DNA of 63,673 bases, the filler included, from Phoronis australis (lineage: Eukaryota; Animalia; Phoronida), in NCBI GenBank assembly GCA_002633005.1. It is 3 parts of 3 records of this genome, joined end to end, with 100 filler letters (N's around TTAATTAATTAA, not from the genome) between each part and the next. Parts side by side here need not be neighbours in the genome. Positions count along the whole stretch, not along the records: positions 1 to 29,652 come from NMRA01000321.1; 2 more parts are not named here. One strand, given 5' to 3'. Positions 1 to 14,037 of this stretch are shown here, in pieces (positions within the stretch are counted from its first letter, which is position 1; each line of letters begins with the position of its first letter). The position numbers were made by a program, and so were the translations under genes. Under the pieces are notes generated by a model. The model was not told where the DNA came from, made no database searches, and was given only the letters and a program-made list of their open reading frames with translations.

Positions 1-488
1 AATGGAGTCATAATCCAGCCTATCCCCCAGTGGCGATCAAATGTTCCGTTATAACAGCAGAATTCCCCAACCAAAAGATATTGCTTCCCTCAGAATAGTG
101 TTTGCAGAATAAAATTTCGGAGTTAACAACTTGTCACCCGGCAACGATAGCATGGGGACCACTAGAGTGCAGAAGTGTGGTGATGCCCGGGGGATTTTAT
201 AGAATACTCCGCTCTCGGCTTAAATGCTCGGGCCCTAATATTAAGAAAAATGTTTTAGTTTATTCTTAAAAGCATAAAATAGACACTTTATTACTTCGCT
301 GGCATAGTAACTTGTAAATTCCTAACAAATATATTCAAGGTTATCTAGGATCTTTATAAACGACCTCAACTCTAAGTGAAATATCGAAGAAACTATGTTT
401 TGTCAACCATCCTAAAGGATAAAAATCGAGGATTCTAAAAGTGTGCTTCTTACTACTGTGTCTTTATTACTGTCACATGACCACGTTT

Positions 489-900
489 TTAAGTCAAAAT
501 TTCCTGTGAAAGAACGGTACAGTCATAGCAAAATAATCCCCAGTCGATTTTACTTAAAACTTTTTTAAATGAAAACCTTACGTTATGTCTCAAAAACGCT
601 GTTCGGATCTCAAGAAGCTTCGCGAAACATTGTTTTTGGATCTTGTAGGCGCTTTGACACTTTCTCCATAGATGGAAAAATGGGGTATCAAAAGGTTTAA
701 TGAAGACCATAAACTGAAACAGTTGAATGGAATTCAGAAGCGATTTTACGTCAGATTTTGTTTTCCTACGAAATTCGCCCTCCAGCAAGTGTTTAAGTCT
801 TGCTATAACGTTGTCGAACTCTTCGTGTATTGCTTGCACGGCATCATCCGTCTTGTATCACAATTTCTTTTCACAGTCTGAGAGAAAAATTATTTCAACA
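489..900 (-). mobile_element. Degenerate hAT-superfamily transposase fragment
   Basis: Minus strand reads TVKRNCDTR..(frameshift)DAVQAIHEEFDNVIARLKHL..VKSLLNSIQLFQF, resembling the hAT 'K.L..TRW..R..A..A....F..I...L' and 'A..LL..I..F.F' blocks. Fragmentary, ends not found. Confidence 0.55.
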
Positions 901-2449
901 CATCCCCAAGAGAAGCAGAAGAAAAAAATCGTTTCTGAAATATGATGTTCAGAAGTCAAATCTGTGAGTCGTGCCTTTTGGGTGCGTATGTTGCGTTTTG
1001 TAAGTCCAGGCACGAGCATACATGTCTATAACCCGTGTTCATAAGTGAGAAATTAATATTCTTAGTTGCGTGGGCTTTGTTGTTTGGGTAGCCTGATACA
1101 GGCGCCTTGGGACTAACAGACAGAAATTCACAGCTAAAAGAAAATTGATACGTTAATTGAAGTTTATTTTTCTATCACCACTAGTAAACTAAAAACTGAC
1201 CCATGATTGAACGTTCCACAATTTTTAACTGATTACATCATCGTGCAAAATTTTGAGCCTTGGTCTACATTTACTAATTAGTTTCATAAAACGCAATTAG
1301 GCGAGAGAAGAAGAGGTCTTATGATCCCAGAGCGAGTGTTAAATGCACGTTTGGGTTGAATTAGAGATAACACAAATAGTTTAGGCTCTGAAGTCACACT
1401 TGTGTGAAACCTTTCAGTGAGGACATAAATTTTAAAAATCCCCATAATCTCAACCATTCGTTTTCAAAAGTTCCCAGCGACACTATATGTGGAATGGGGC
1501 GTTCCTTTTGAACTCATTTTCCACAGAGGTTTGAACATCACCGCTGTTGCCTATAAACAAAAGTGAAGTTTCGTTTTCACACAATTCGATTATTGTAGTC
1601 ATGTCTAAACTACCTTTTTTAACATTCGGCAACATTTAACGGTTTCGATTTTGTAAAGCAGTGCCTAAATTAGTTATTTTTAACACTTCTAGTTGTATTT
1701 TCTCGTGACTTTTCTTTAACAAAACATGATCTTTGATATAATTCTATTTTTGTTATAGAATGAGGGCCTTTAGTTTTTTCAAATTTAAGCAGTATGTTAG
1801 CCTCATCTTGACGTTAGCTTTGTCGCCATAGTAACGTCAATAACCCGTCTGTGCCTGTAACACAAATGTTAATTTAATCATAAAGTTAACCAAAAGTCTT
1901 GTTCAAAATTGGTTGAAAGGCAGACTTTTAAAAATTGTCTTTTCCCCATCTGGTCTGAATAGATGTTAATTTTGAATGACCTGATATGATGCAGCCATGT
2001 ATCAGTGCCAGGGTTTCGAACTACAACACTGCTGTTGTCACACCTCGGCGTAATTCAGGTTTAGTACGTTTCGTGTGTCCGTTTCTTTGGGGTTGTGTAA
2101 GTAATTTTACTGCATTTGGGCTTTACCAGAGACAACCGTAACAGTGCGGTGACGGCAGTGATAGGGCCGCGGGGCGTGAGCTGACTGCTCTGAATATTTT
2201 AAGAAAAGCAGCGCCCACACAGGATCGAGTGACAAAACAGTTTCTGATGGCCGTGAGGAGATGGCTTGTGGCATGTGTGAGGTCGGTGGGATGGTTTTTT
2301 TAGTAGCCCTTTTAGAATAGCGCCCGCTTCAAGTCTGGCAGCTACAGTTCAATAAGTAATCCTCCGGCCCATCTATGTTTCAGGTTGAGTCGCCTGTTAT
2401 AGATTGGATGCTATAATCAATGGCTTGCTAACATAGTTGATACACTATC

Positions 2450-4085
2450 TTCAGAAGGGACTAAGGACTACGAAGAACAGACGAGGTGTAAAGGTTGCGG
2501 GAGGAGGTGAAAGGAAGAAAGATACATCAGACGAAGAATAAGTGTATGTCGGTTTTATCTGGAAAGTCGTCAGAATGTGTCGACCATGAGAAAAAAACAG
2601 CGTCAAACAGCATCCTGAACCTGAGGTCCGTAAAGGTAGAAGAGCTACCAAGTAGCCAAAATCATCTGATAAGCAGGCATGGCTGGAAATATGCACGGAT
2701 TTAAGTATCGCTTTCAGCGCAGTTAAAGGCAGTGCAGCAAGAAAAGTGCTGGGAAGTATGATAAGAGATTATGGAGACTTGAAGTTTGGCGAGAAAGACC
2801 AAAAGCAAAGGAAACAGTTTGTTTCAATACAAAGCAGGGGAAGGAGGACAATCCAGTCACTAAGGAAGTAGGCGAGGAGTATGTGTGCAGCCGTGCAACA
2901 GGATGTTCATAGAGCTGAAGAAATTAGAGTACTGCTGAAGGATGTGAGGAAACATATTGCGAAGCTGGGTAGAGCACAACGTCTTGCTGAAAAGCGGCGC
3001 CAGTCTGCAAAAGCAAGAGAGGATTTTACAGAGAATCCTTTCCGTTTCATGAAGCAGTTGTTCAAAGAGAAGACTAGTGGTACACTCACTGTGTCTCATG
3101 AGAGATTGGAGGAACACCTGGAATCGGTTTACTCTAATGAGATGTCTTTTCGTAGAACCAGTGGCTGAGCTGAGTAAACCTTCTGCTCCGACATTTATAT
3201 TTGATGAGATAAAGAAGGCGAAGGAGGTCATCAGAAAGGCTAAAAGTAAGTCAGTAGGAGGACCCAGTGGTGTTACCTATGCAGTGTATAAGAACTGTCC
3301 AAAGTTGGTCTCTTGTCTGTGGGGAGCCTTGGTAAAGGTGTGGGAGAAGGTGGATATACCCGAGTCTTGGTGCAAAGCGGAGGTATTTACATACCGAAGG
3401 GAGAAAACTCTGTTGAGTTAGGTCAGTTCAGACCAATCTCTTCTTCACAGTCTTGGCAAAGAGATTAATAAGGTTCCTCTCAATTGATGGATTCATTGAC
3501 ACCAGCATTCAGAAGGCCGGCATGCCAGGGTTTCCTGGGTGTCTGGAACATGTTGCTATAATCTGGTCAAAGAACAGGGAAGCCAAGAGAGATACGAATT
3601 ACCTGCATGTGATCTGGTAAAATCTTGCCAATCTTTATGGACCTGTTCCACACAGCATTCTAAGATTGGCAATGGATTTTTTCATAGTCCACAAAGGTTA
3701 CAAAGTTGCTTGATGATGTATTTTGACAAGTTCAAGCTGCATTTCACAACAGCAAAGTATTAAAGTATGTGAGTCTGGCGAAAACCGATTGCGTGAGGAT
3801 GTGTCATTTCACCTATGCTATTTGTAATGCTAATGGGGATGATTATTAAAGGTACCGATGAAGAGCAGAGGAATTTCCAGGTGGAGGTGTCGGTGGAGGG
3901 CTTTTATGGATAACCTAACAATCTTGCAGGAAATGCGCCTGTTGCAAGAAGAGTTCTCCAATGACTTACTGAGCTCACTGGCTGGAACAGAATGGCTTTC
4001 AAAACCAAGCAGGGTTTTGTCACTCAGGAAGAGTGTTGTTGTGAACGTTGGTTTTGACATTGCAGGAGAAAGAATTCCAACTGCG
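2450..4085 (+). mobile_element. Decayed non-LTR retrotransposon RT region (RLE-type, HERO/NeSL-like)
   Basis: Motifs in correct order across shifting frames: ENPFRFMKQLF (~3031), GGPSGVTYAVYKNCP (~3258), QFRPIS (~3424), DTSIQKAG (~3498), CLEH (~3540), GCVISPMLF (~3797), RAFMDNLT (~3897; YxDD-equivalent). Many stops and frameshifts; no endonuclease domain seen. Confidence 0.8.
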
Positions 4086-7000
4086 TGTGATTTTTGATGT
4101 AGACTGTTTACTAGGACTTGTGATATATTTTTGCTATCCTTTAACTGCAGTTTTTTGGAATTATTCGTTGTCATTTTTCTTCCAATGTTTTCCGTGGTGT
4201 TCTGTGTAAATAAAACAGATCCTTTTTCACTTGACAAAATGACTCCAGTTACCGTGGTAACGCTGTTAGGTCTAAAACGGCTATTATGTCAACACTTGAG
4301 AACTTCATTTTTTAAATTTCACAGCTTAAAAATGTCCAAGCAGGGTATCAGACTATCGCACTAGATCCAAATTGTGCGGAATGGAGACATTATCGAGCGC
4401 CGTATTTCAATTTAACGCTGTTGATCACACCCTTATCCAGGACAACGGCAAAACTAACACCAAAACGAGCCTAGAATTAGTGTGAATGAGAATACCATGT
4501 GACGTTAATAAAGAATAATGTTACGTCAAAGACCTTGGATTTGTCATAAAAATCACGAGAAAATACAAAAGGCGATTCCTAACGATATTTTAGAGATTGC
4601 CACCGTTAAAGTTGCAGAATTTCTGAAATGTTGATTTAAAAGTAACGATTTTCAAGATCAATCCGCAAACGACACTTTAGTTGTGTTTCTTAACAACTCT
4701 TTTATATTTTGTGAATATCCTGATTTCGGTGATTTGCACACCTCTGTGCAGTATGATGTCAAAACAAAACCCCAACCTCACCTACTGTCACGCGACGAAA
4801 TTTACACAACGACCCCGTGGTTTCAATGCACGTCTGCGTATTTGCGTTCGAATATAAACTATGTTAGTAGTCCACGTCTATTGCAGGGCCTAGCCGTCAT
4901 GAACGTCAATGCACAAGCGTGCACTTAGAGTTTTTGGAGGCCTCTTTGCCAGTTAAATTACGATTAATGTAAACACATTGTTTTCATCGTTGCCAAATAA
5001 AGCACATATCTATCTAATGTTGGGCAAAAGCAACGTGACCTATTCCGATCTATTGTACCACTCCGAGCATGTGTAGGTAATCAAATTCTTAGTTAGGCCC
5101 TCTGCTTAGGTCACTACCTGCCTTTGGCAAGACAAGCTATATCCTCGGCAGTACACGTGCAGTAGAACGATCTGGTACATTGAACAGAATTTAATGTCCT
5201 CACCAATCTGGTTCCCAAAAGCACAGACTCTTTATCCTGAAAGAATAACGATACACAGTCTAAATGATATAAAAATCAATATAACGTAGAAAAGAGTATA
5301 ATGCTGGTGTCATTCAATAGCTAGTCAGATATCTGCCTACGACTATTGGGAATATTTTGAATATATGACATGACTGAATATCAAAGTAAAGATGTCATTC
5401 GTCGAAGCAATAAGATTACAGGAAATTTCTTGACTAAGAAAATTTAAAAGCTCTTAGCAACTGTTACATCAAAACTTTTAGTCCGATTAGAATAACCGAT
5501 GTGTTGGTTAGATTTGAATGCATTTATTACCACTAATACGTCTAATCGACAGTACTTGGAACATTCAGAAACCAATTGCGCGTGTATAAAAGAGACACTC
5601 ATTATGTAAGGGGTAGTTCAAAATCAATTTCACGGGCATTAGTGAGAATCAGCATTCAGATTTTATATTGCATTACAGCACTGTTAATGCTACGACACCC
5701 AGTTCATATTTCTGTTCATTTTTATGATTATAGAGTCGCGAGGCCTTAATTTTCTTGGGCGTGCAAATGGCTGCCAGTCTGTTCCATCCAGACGCCTTTC
5801 TGCGGAAATGCCCTCTGGGATAAGCGGTGTATGAATATTGTGGATCTTTGGACTACATTTTGTGAAAAGGTAGAAGCTTCCGCAAAAATATTGCAAAGCA
5901 CAAATGACATCCGATTTTTCCCAAACTGTGGTTTCTGTTTTTTTAAAAAGCTAGATTCAGTTGAGCTCTTGCTTTGGTGAGTCGGAATGATCCAAGACAA
6001 CAGTAATATTACTGAAGTAGCATGCCTAACTGACGGTATGTCCAAGCTGCGTTCCGTACACGCAAGAAGCTAACAAAAACCGAAGACCAAGCAAGTCTTC
6101 GCAAGAAATAGCCAAGCATTACAAGGGAAGCGCGTGATTTCACCAACTTCTCTTCAAGTGCCTTGGGTCTACGGAACTTTGCCCTGGTGTATTAAAAACC
6201 TTACAAGATTAAAAGGATTGTACCGTTAACAGTTTCGAACGCATTTTTTGAAACTTCGCATAAATAGAACTTAGTGCATTTTTGTAAAAAAATCAATTTT
6301 GCCATGCAAACTTTAAAAATTAGGTTTTGGTGCGACAAACCACTGAAAACCGCTGGTGAAAAAAATAAATAACACGCAGGCAGTTGATAGAAGAAATACA
6401 AACACAACTTGAATATTGGATCCTCATACTCTCGCAAATGCATCAACACTGAGCATCAAACCATACATTTGTTGGTGTTGTACATGTCATTGATTTAATA
6501 AGTCATGCTTTACAAGGCAGTTGGTGAGACGTGTTTTGTGGACAGAATTATGTAAAACCAGGTTAAGTTGACTTTGTGAGAAGTGAGTTTAAGTGTCCTT
6601 TAATCTTGTTGATACAGTTGTAACGCAAAAATTTTATCTAAAGCGTGGAAGTCCGTGAAAGCAATGCAAAATTCCAATTTGATCCCCGCAGGTTTAGGTT
6701 TTGAGCAATCTTGGGTCGGTAAATTCCTGTGCTGAATATGAGTTAAAGTGTTGCGTTATTTTAAACTGAAACATTTTACCTGGGATTTCCAGTGAAGTGA
6801 CCTTCACTAAAAACCTACCTTGGGCGGATTTTAGGGAACAAAAAAGACTGATTTTAAAAACAAATTCCCAAAAATGTTGGTCATTACCTTTTTTCACCCT
6901 GTGCTCTGAAAATGAACCCCGTGCATCCCCCGGTTATCAATTTCTAAATTATATTAAGCCCCGAGTGGCTGGAACTTTCAAAATAGGTTTTGTGACTACT

Positions 7001-10000
7001 TTGGCCTGGAAATTTATTTTCTCCCTTCATAGGTGTTCTTTTCAAATGCCGAAAGTTCCCGTATATAAAGTTGAATATTTCCGAGTAATTTTCCAATGAA
7101 TTTGGTGAAAATGGCAAAATGTTGAATTTAAGAATTCATGTACATCGCCATTATTGACAACGAAACGTTGCCTCGGGTATTTTAACAGGCATATTTGATG
7201 AACACTGTTGGTCCCATTAAAGCAAAGAAAAGAGAAAATGGGGCAAGTAGTAGTAAATGAGTTTTTAAAACCAAATTATAGCTACTTTTAATTTGAAATA
7301 TTTCGATAATTTTATGTTTATACTGAGCAAGTGATGAATTTAAGTCTTCAAGCTAGTTCAACAGAAGGAGTGTGAGAAGAGAGGGGACATTTTCTTAACA
7401 AAATATATTATAAAGTAATAAGTGTGAGACAAATAGTCGGAAACAGTAGTAAAAAGGCAGACGTCAGGTCTGGATTAGTTTTCCTTGAATTTTACAAGAG
7501 GCTTCTTTATCGGAAATTAGCGGTAACTTGTACCTATTTTATAAAATTAAGGCTCAATTTTCGTGAAATGTGTGTTACTAATACTGTGATTGTAGAAATT
7601 TAATGGGTTCATACAAGTAAAAGTGTTGAAAATACACCTCGTTTAACCTTGATTCGTTATAGTACACCTAACATATACGATAATCAACAAAATGCACGCT
7701 TTTAACAATGAGATGTGGCCAGCAAATTGCGCGGTAGGTTCCTTTGTCTTTTTTCCAAAGGTTATTTCCTCAGGCATTCTTTGAGATCAAATTGGAATCC
7801 ACACACGGCAATAAGGCCGCTGGTGATCAATCACCGCCCAGGGCACATTATTTCTTACCTAATGTTTGCTGAACTATGGAAACAGGATTTAATTAAACCT
7901 AATGTTGTTTTTCTTCCGGACGAAGCTCTCTCGTTGGAACGCAGATTACTCCATACAAAGTTATATGCTGTACGTGCCGCTCAGATGGGTGACATAGGTA
8001 TTTTTCAACTACAAAAATCTTCAGAAAGATTTTTAAAGCATATTAAAACTTGGGTTGCAGAATATGTACTCATTTTGACAACAGGGCATCTCTTCTTGAA
8101 CTGATTTACCCTTAACGGGCTAAAAAGGCTGCTGACTAAGAATTCTTACAAAAGGGTCGGGTGTGTCAAGTTAACCCCCACAGCCATGGCACACAGCAAC
8201 AAAACTCTACGAAACACTAACTTTTTTATTTGAAACTGACTTCACCCGAGTCTCTTTTTTCGAATCTACTCTCCAAATGGGATGAGTTCCCATTTCTTCT
8301 GATACTTCCTGTCAAAAACGTAAAGCCCGTGGGGGCTTGTTGTCGACATACTCAGCAAGAAAATGGCTCTTGGGGTGCGTCTTACCGTCCTTATAATCGA
8401 ACAAAGACTAATTTCCTCCACAACACAATACCCAAAAATCATTAAAACTACTGAAATAAGATTATTGGCTCGAAATCCAATCCCTGACCTAGAAGTCAAC
8501 TTTTTTTTAATTTTAATTTACTCGAGATTTGTTCTTGAAACTGCATGTTCTCAGTATTTATGTGCCACTTACACACATAAAGTCTCGTAATATTCTTTGC
8601 AGTGACAGAATTTCATTTCCGTTGCCAACAAGAACATCGAAACGATCAGTGACTCAAGATGAAAACGTTAGTTCATAGAGGTTGGCCAGACCTAATATTG
8701 CATTGCCTGTCACTTAGGTTGAGGGTTTTTTTTTCGGCAACAATTCACGATCGGTTAAAGAGGCCTGGAAAGCGACAGAATCAATTGCAATATTGAATAT
8801 GGTTCTGTGCCACTGAAACAGGATTCAACCTGCTCACCAGTTATTTTTAGGGTTTGTTTTTAAAGATTTTTAATCTCTGTTGATATCAAGACATTTTCTT
8901 TTAGTTTTAATTTCAGAAAAAAACGTCTGTCAACTGCTTGTCACTTCGATTTTTCTCCCACAAAACCATGCACGTTTCCTTATTTGGTATGGCAAGACAT
9001 TATGGAAAATGTGACCTATGACCTCAAACAATTTCAAGTAACTTACTGTGAGCGCATTTATCATAAGTGGGGAGAAGATATTTCAAAAATCGTGAATTTT
9101 GTGACATTTTTGGAAATTTCCTAACAGGGGAAGTGAATTACTATGTAGTAGACGTTGCGAGATGGTACTTTCGTCAGAAATTTATTAAAAGATATTTTTG
9201 ACGAGCTTTTGCATTCCATGCCTCTTTAAGTGTGATAATGTTTTAAATCCCAAATCGTTTTTGTTAAGAATTTATTGACAGCTAAACAGCGGCAAAATCC
9301 CATTTTGATTGAATTATAATTTAGCAGATGGGTGCGTAATAACCAAAGTTCGCAGAACCTAATGTAATATAATACCTTCGTTATCAAGGAACGAATTTTT
9401 TAAATAAGGCTTTAAGCAGAAAAATGCACGTTTGAGGAAATTCGGCAACGTGATTACAAATATCTGGACATTGCTTTCGTGGACACAATGAAATTCTGTG
9501 ATCATCAAAGATTTCAAAAACATAGCGTTCTCTGGAACCACTGTGAATACTTTACTTTAAAAATTCTATCCTTGGTAACGAATATGTCCCACTAGCTTAA
9601 TTTGTTTGCTCCAAGCCGCAAGCAAGCTATTAAGCATGTTATTCTAATTCCAAAACCCCCTTTTGCATCGTAACTTTAATGTAATCAAATGTCCATATTC
9701 GATAACTAACAAGTCCAAAGAAATTCATCTCGTCTAAGTAAAACAGTAAAATGTCAAATTCAAGTTAGAGTTCGAGTTGATAGGATTTTGGACTCTAAAA
9801 AGAGCACGAAAGTCTCGTCCGTTCCGATAACCATAAACAGCGAAGTCTCGACCATGTTGACAGTACCTATCAATACTTCCATCCTTTCCACAGGAGAATA
9901 ATCTGATGACGTTTCTGTTGCCTACAGTTAACTACATCAACAAGAACATAAACGCACGTCGTCACAACAATTGGGTGCTGTGGTTTACGTACAGATCAGC

Positions 10001-11814
10001 TGACTATCTGTCTGTTTTTTTTCTGCTCACCACAAAGCAATTTGGGTGTCCTGCATTAAAAATGTCTATTTTGCAATACAATTATTTTCGTGTTGCTTTT
10101 CTTCTTTCATTTTGTTGATTTTGCCGTGTGCTCATTCGTTAGACGGCTTTCATTTTAGGATTGCTGGCCTGGTGGATGAGAATGTCGTGTGAGAACTTGA
10201 AATATTTTAATACTCATGAAATTCCGGGTTACTTCAAGCTATCTCAGGATTAAGCAAGGATCGTGCTTTTAGGTTTTATAATTAAAAGAAGACGTTATGT
10301 ATGTGCACACATTTAAAAGCTTACAAACCTCTTCTTTCTTTAATATCAATTGTTCCTGGTTGCGAGAAGCCCTATAGCTGATCAAGATACAGTTCCCAGA
10401 AAATGCAAATCCTCCACTACTAGTAAATACGTTAGATATTCTTCCTATCAAAGGAAGTACAATTCTATCGCGCAAAAGGAGAATTTCGAGATGATTGTGT
10501 CCCTAGGGATTAGGGGCTGTGATCTTTCTACATTCAGTCACAACGCCACTCTTGAATTACAAAAATAACATAAAACAGTTGCACGAGGTTGCAAATTTGT
10601 ATTATTATTTCCGTAGCACAGTCAGTGTATTATTTTGATACTCATTCCACTTGACGCAGACTCAGACTTGGAAGTTAACTAATCACTTCGCATCATTCGG
10701 GTGCAAGTTATTAGATTAAGACCTACCAGAGACGTGTCCCGGATTACACAGCGACTATCGAATCTGGCTTATCAAGTGTCGGGTCCCCATAGAGAGTAAC
10801 GTAAAAATTGGCTTCTACACAACTTAACTCTCTAGTACGTTGGTGCAAACGTGATACGCCTACTAAACTCGAAACCGAACGAAATGATGCCTGGTTTCGC
10901 GATTGATGCTCCCAGCACCTATTCTCCTACTAGGTGGTTCTAAATGGACGAGGAGTAAATATTATGATTAGGGTTGCGTTTCGCAGACGTAAGGGTTTCG
11001 CGAGTAAAGCTAATGTAAAAACGTGCTTCGCCTGTAAAGCGTACCGACACCTTACGAGGTCTTGCGTGGTGATTGTGTTTTCGCAGACGTAGTGATTAGA
11101 GATACGAATTAGCACAAAAAAAACAATCCCATAAAGCATTGCAATGTGAACTTCAGCATTTTGTTTGGAAAATCAATGTCATAAATAACAGACAATGGTT
11201 GTATACTCAATCGAAAAAGTGTCTTAGCGAAATATTGATATATGCGTTCGTCACCCCCATTCAGCATGGCTTCACCGCCAGTCGCCACAGTTATCATTCG
11301 CCGGTCGACAACACTTTCGACTTAGCTTATCCGTTAATACGCACTGGGATGCTTCGTTATTTATTTATGCAACAGCAATAGCCACTTAGATCAACACATC
11401 AACAACATATACAGGAACTTTTTGGAACACACGACAGGTAACAACAAAACAGAAGTTTCATTTCTATGTTGCACGTACACAATATATTATCGTCTGCTAA
11501 CTCACGCACATTAAGTATGAGCTACCGACATCTATGGGTTAATGTCTACAGGAAGTCTAGGCAGAAACATCCAAACCTGAGTCATTTAACGATGAAATGC
11601 TCTTTCTACCTAAACATACGTGAAAATAAAGATAAGAAATATTAAAATATATACAAACACAGAACGGTCTTTTCGCAAACAATAGTGCGTTTTATAAATC
11701 TCGACTACTAATATCGAAGTGAAAATGACCTGAGGTAAAAACAACGATCTAGCCATCCATTTCAGACGGAGTCAAATGCAATCGGCTATCTCGTTTGATA
11801 TTAATCATAGCTAA

Positions 11815-12243
11815 TTATATGATTTCATCAATGTGCGCTCTCAGCAAACTTTGGGTCGTGGTTCTTTGCGAAGTCCAAAGTTCTTTGCTAACTCCTCGTC
11901 CCATCAAGCCAATTCCGCCTTTTTGCGTTTCAAACTTTGTGCTCTTCGAAAAGTTAAGACGATTGGCAGTTAAACATTCCCCAACTTTACAATAAGAAGA
12001 ACTGAAAACAGCATTTGTACCGTGATTGAGCTCAATCATAGCCTCGGTTGTTATCTGCTTTTCTGAGTGATTGATTTCGTCATAAGTGACAGGTGTATAA
12101 ACAGAGCGCGTCGGAGAGTCGCGGCCATCTTGTATGAGATCATCTTGGATGAAGAACGCCCCGTGAACCGGCATTTCATCCAACACAGGTATAGGCCTTT
12201 CCGAGGTAGACGTCAGCCAAAACGTTTTCATTTCGCCTTTACC
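11815..12243 (-). CDS. Soluble guanylyl cyclase (Gyc-88E-like), terminal coding exon
   Basis: tttcag acceptor then GKGEMKTFWL (cyclase C-terminal motif completing VEVK|GKG), followed by a tail containing RSVYTPVTYDEI; stop at 11815. Phase 0 matches the exon ending at 23768. Confidence 0.9.
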   Translation of the reverse strand, partial: GKGEMKTFWLTSTSERPIPVLDEMPVHGAFFIQDDLIQDGRDSPTRSVYTPVTYDEINHSEKQITTEAMIELNHGTNAVFSSSYCKVGECLTANRLNFSKSTKFETQKGGIGLMGRGVSKELWTSQRTTTQSLLRAHIDEII

Positions 12244-13336
12244 CTGAAAATAAAGTTTGGACAATTTCACAGAACGGGCCTGTGCGTTAGCGAGACCGCG
12301 AGCGCTTTTGGAGACTCAAACATGCCGTGTCTGGAAACCAAATTTGATATGCTACACTAGAAAACTTTCAAGGGCTAAATTGCCCCCGTGGTTACCTGAA
12401 TCTGAAAAAGTCAAACACTTGCAATTTTTTTAAATGTGACGTGGCTCTGCGCTTCTGATCTTAATCAACGGTCGAAATCGCGTCATATTAGTAGCAGACA
12501 AGTCATCACTAAACATTCGAATTCTGAAAGTTTACTGGAGATCCATGACTGAGTTTTCCAGCTTTTCCAGGAAGCTACTTTTCCAGTGCATTCAAACAAA
12601 AATTCAACTAAAAATTCTGGCGAAACCAGTAAGCCGAATCTCCCAGTATTGGGCGCCAGGCTAACAAGACACTAAGACAGCACACTCCATTAAAATACAT
12701 ACACGTCCTAGTGTAAGAGCCACATTAGTGGAGCCCGCGATCGATGTGCAAGGGCAATCTGGCTTTAAAAACTCACCCAGTGCTAATTCAGTCGAGTCAA
12801 AATCGCAAACTAGAATAAGTCAAGTTAGCGGCTGTGAATCAATTAGGAGCGTTAACTTGCCGTATTAAAAAATAAAACAAAGGTTTCCACTAAAAAAATG
12901 AACCAAAGCGATGACTCGCTTTCAGCAGATTACTTATAATGCTTTTCGCTAACCCAGAGTTCTGGTACTAAGTCAGCGTTCACTTACACCACATGTTTTG
13001 ACAAAACTTTATTCTTGTTTTGTTAGTTTCGATCTGCAAGGAGCACTGGACTTCGGAGGTTAGGTAAACACTCACTTTCGTGATTATAGCAAGAGATGGG
13101 CAAAGGTTTATTAGGCAACATTAAACGACAAACAGTGGCAAAAGGCAGTGATACAACTCTTCAAACGTCTCAAATATGAACTTGTCAAAGGGGCTCTCAA
13201 TTGATCACGCAAAACGATAAAAATTAGATTTTTTTCGTTATTATCTGAACACTTATGATGATGTGTGGAGTATGTCAGTAACCTGACAAGGTCTTGGCCA
13301 GGTCGCGACGTCCGAAAGGTTCATGCCAGTACAACT

Positions 13337-14037
13337 CACATGCGTCCTCAGCTTCTGATCGTCCCCAATACACTACATATAATACTACAATGTATGACAC
13401 TCCCGACTAGAAATTCCACGGGCGCTTCACTTCAGCCGTCCATAGCAAACATAAAACTCAATAAATTTACACAAAACAGGGGTTCAACAAACCATGAAGA
13501 ATTGTTCTTTCTCCCAATATCATTCACGGTGTCTAGTTACGGCGACTTCGTAAGAAATTCGCAGTCAAAGAACAGAAATGTTCACAAAAAGCCCCCACAC
13601 ACTTTCACCCTGGGCCCGTCGAGGTCAAGGACGGTACGGGAATTGCCGGTTTGTCACGTAAAGTCACGATGTCGATAACTACACTTAGCCGCCAGTAGAA
13701 AAACTATTGAGTAATTCCGTAACTCACCGGCAATTTCCGTACCGTCCTTGACCTCGACGGGCCCAGGGTGAAAGTTTGGGGGCTTTTTGTGAACAGTTTT
13801 GTTCTTTGACTGCGAATTTCTTACATAGTCGCCGTAACTGGACACCGTGAATGGTATTGGGAGAAAGAACAATTCTTCATGGTTTGTTGAACCCCTGTTT
13901 TGTGTAAATTTATTGAGTTTTATGTTTGCTATGAACGGCTGAAGTGAAGCACCCGTGGAATTTCTAGTCGGTAGTGTCATACATTGTAGTATTATATGCA
14001 GTGTATTGGGGACGATCAGAAGCTGAGGACGCCTGTG
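13337..14037. mobile_element. Foldback MITE, ~310-bp inverted arms, 8-bp TSD (P- or hAT-type)
   Basis: 13337-13650 is the near-perfect reverse complement of 13726-14037. Termini are CACATGCG/CACAGGCG. Direct repeat GTACAACT at 13329-13336 and 14038-14045. Confidence 0.9.

Noticed and set aside
4100-11800. Numerous short ORFs and possible repeat ends
   Set aside because: No motifs, paired termini or target duplications that I could verify; treated as ordinary intergenic or 3'-UTR sequence.
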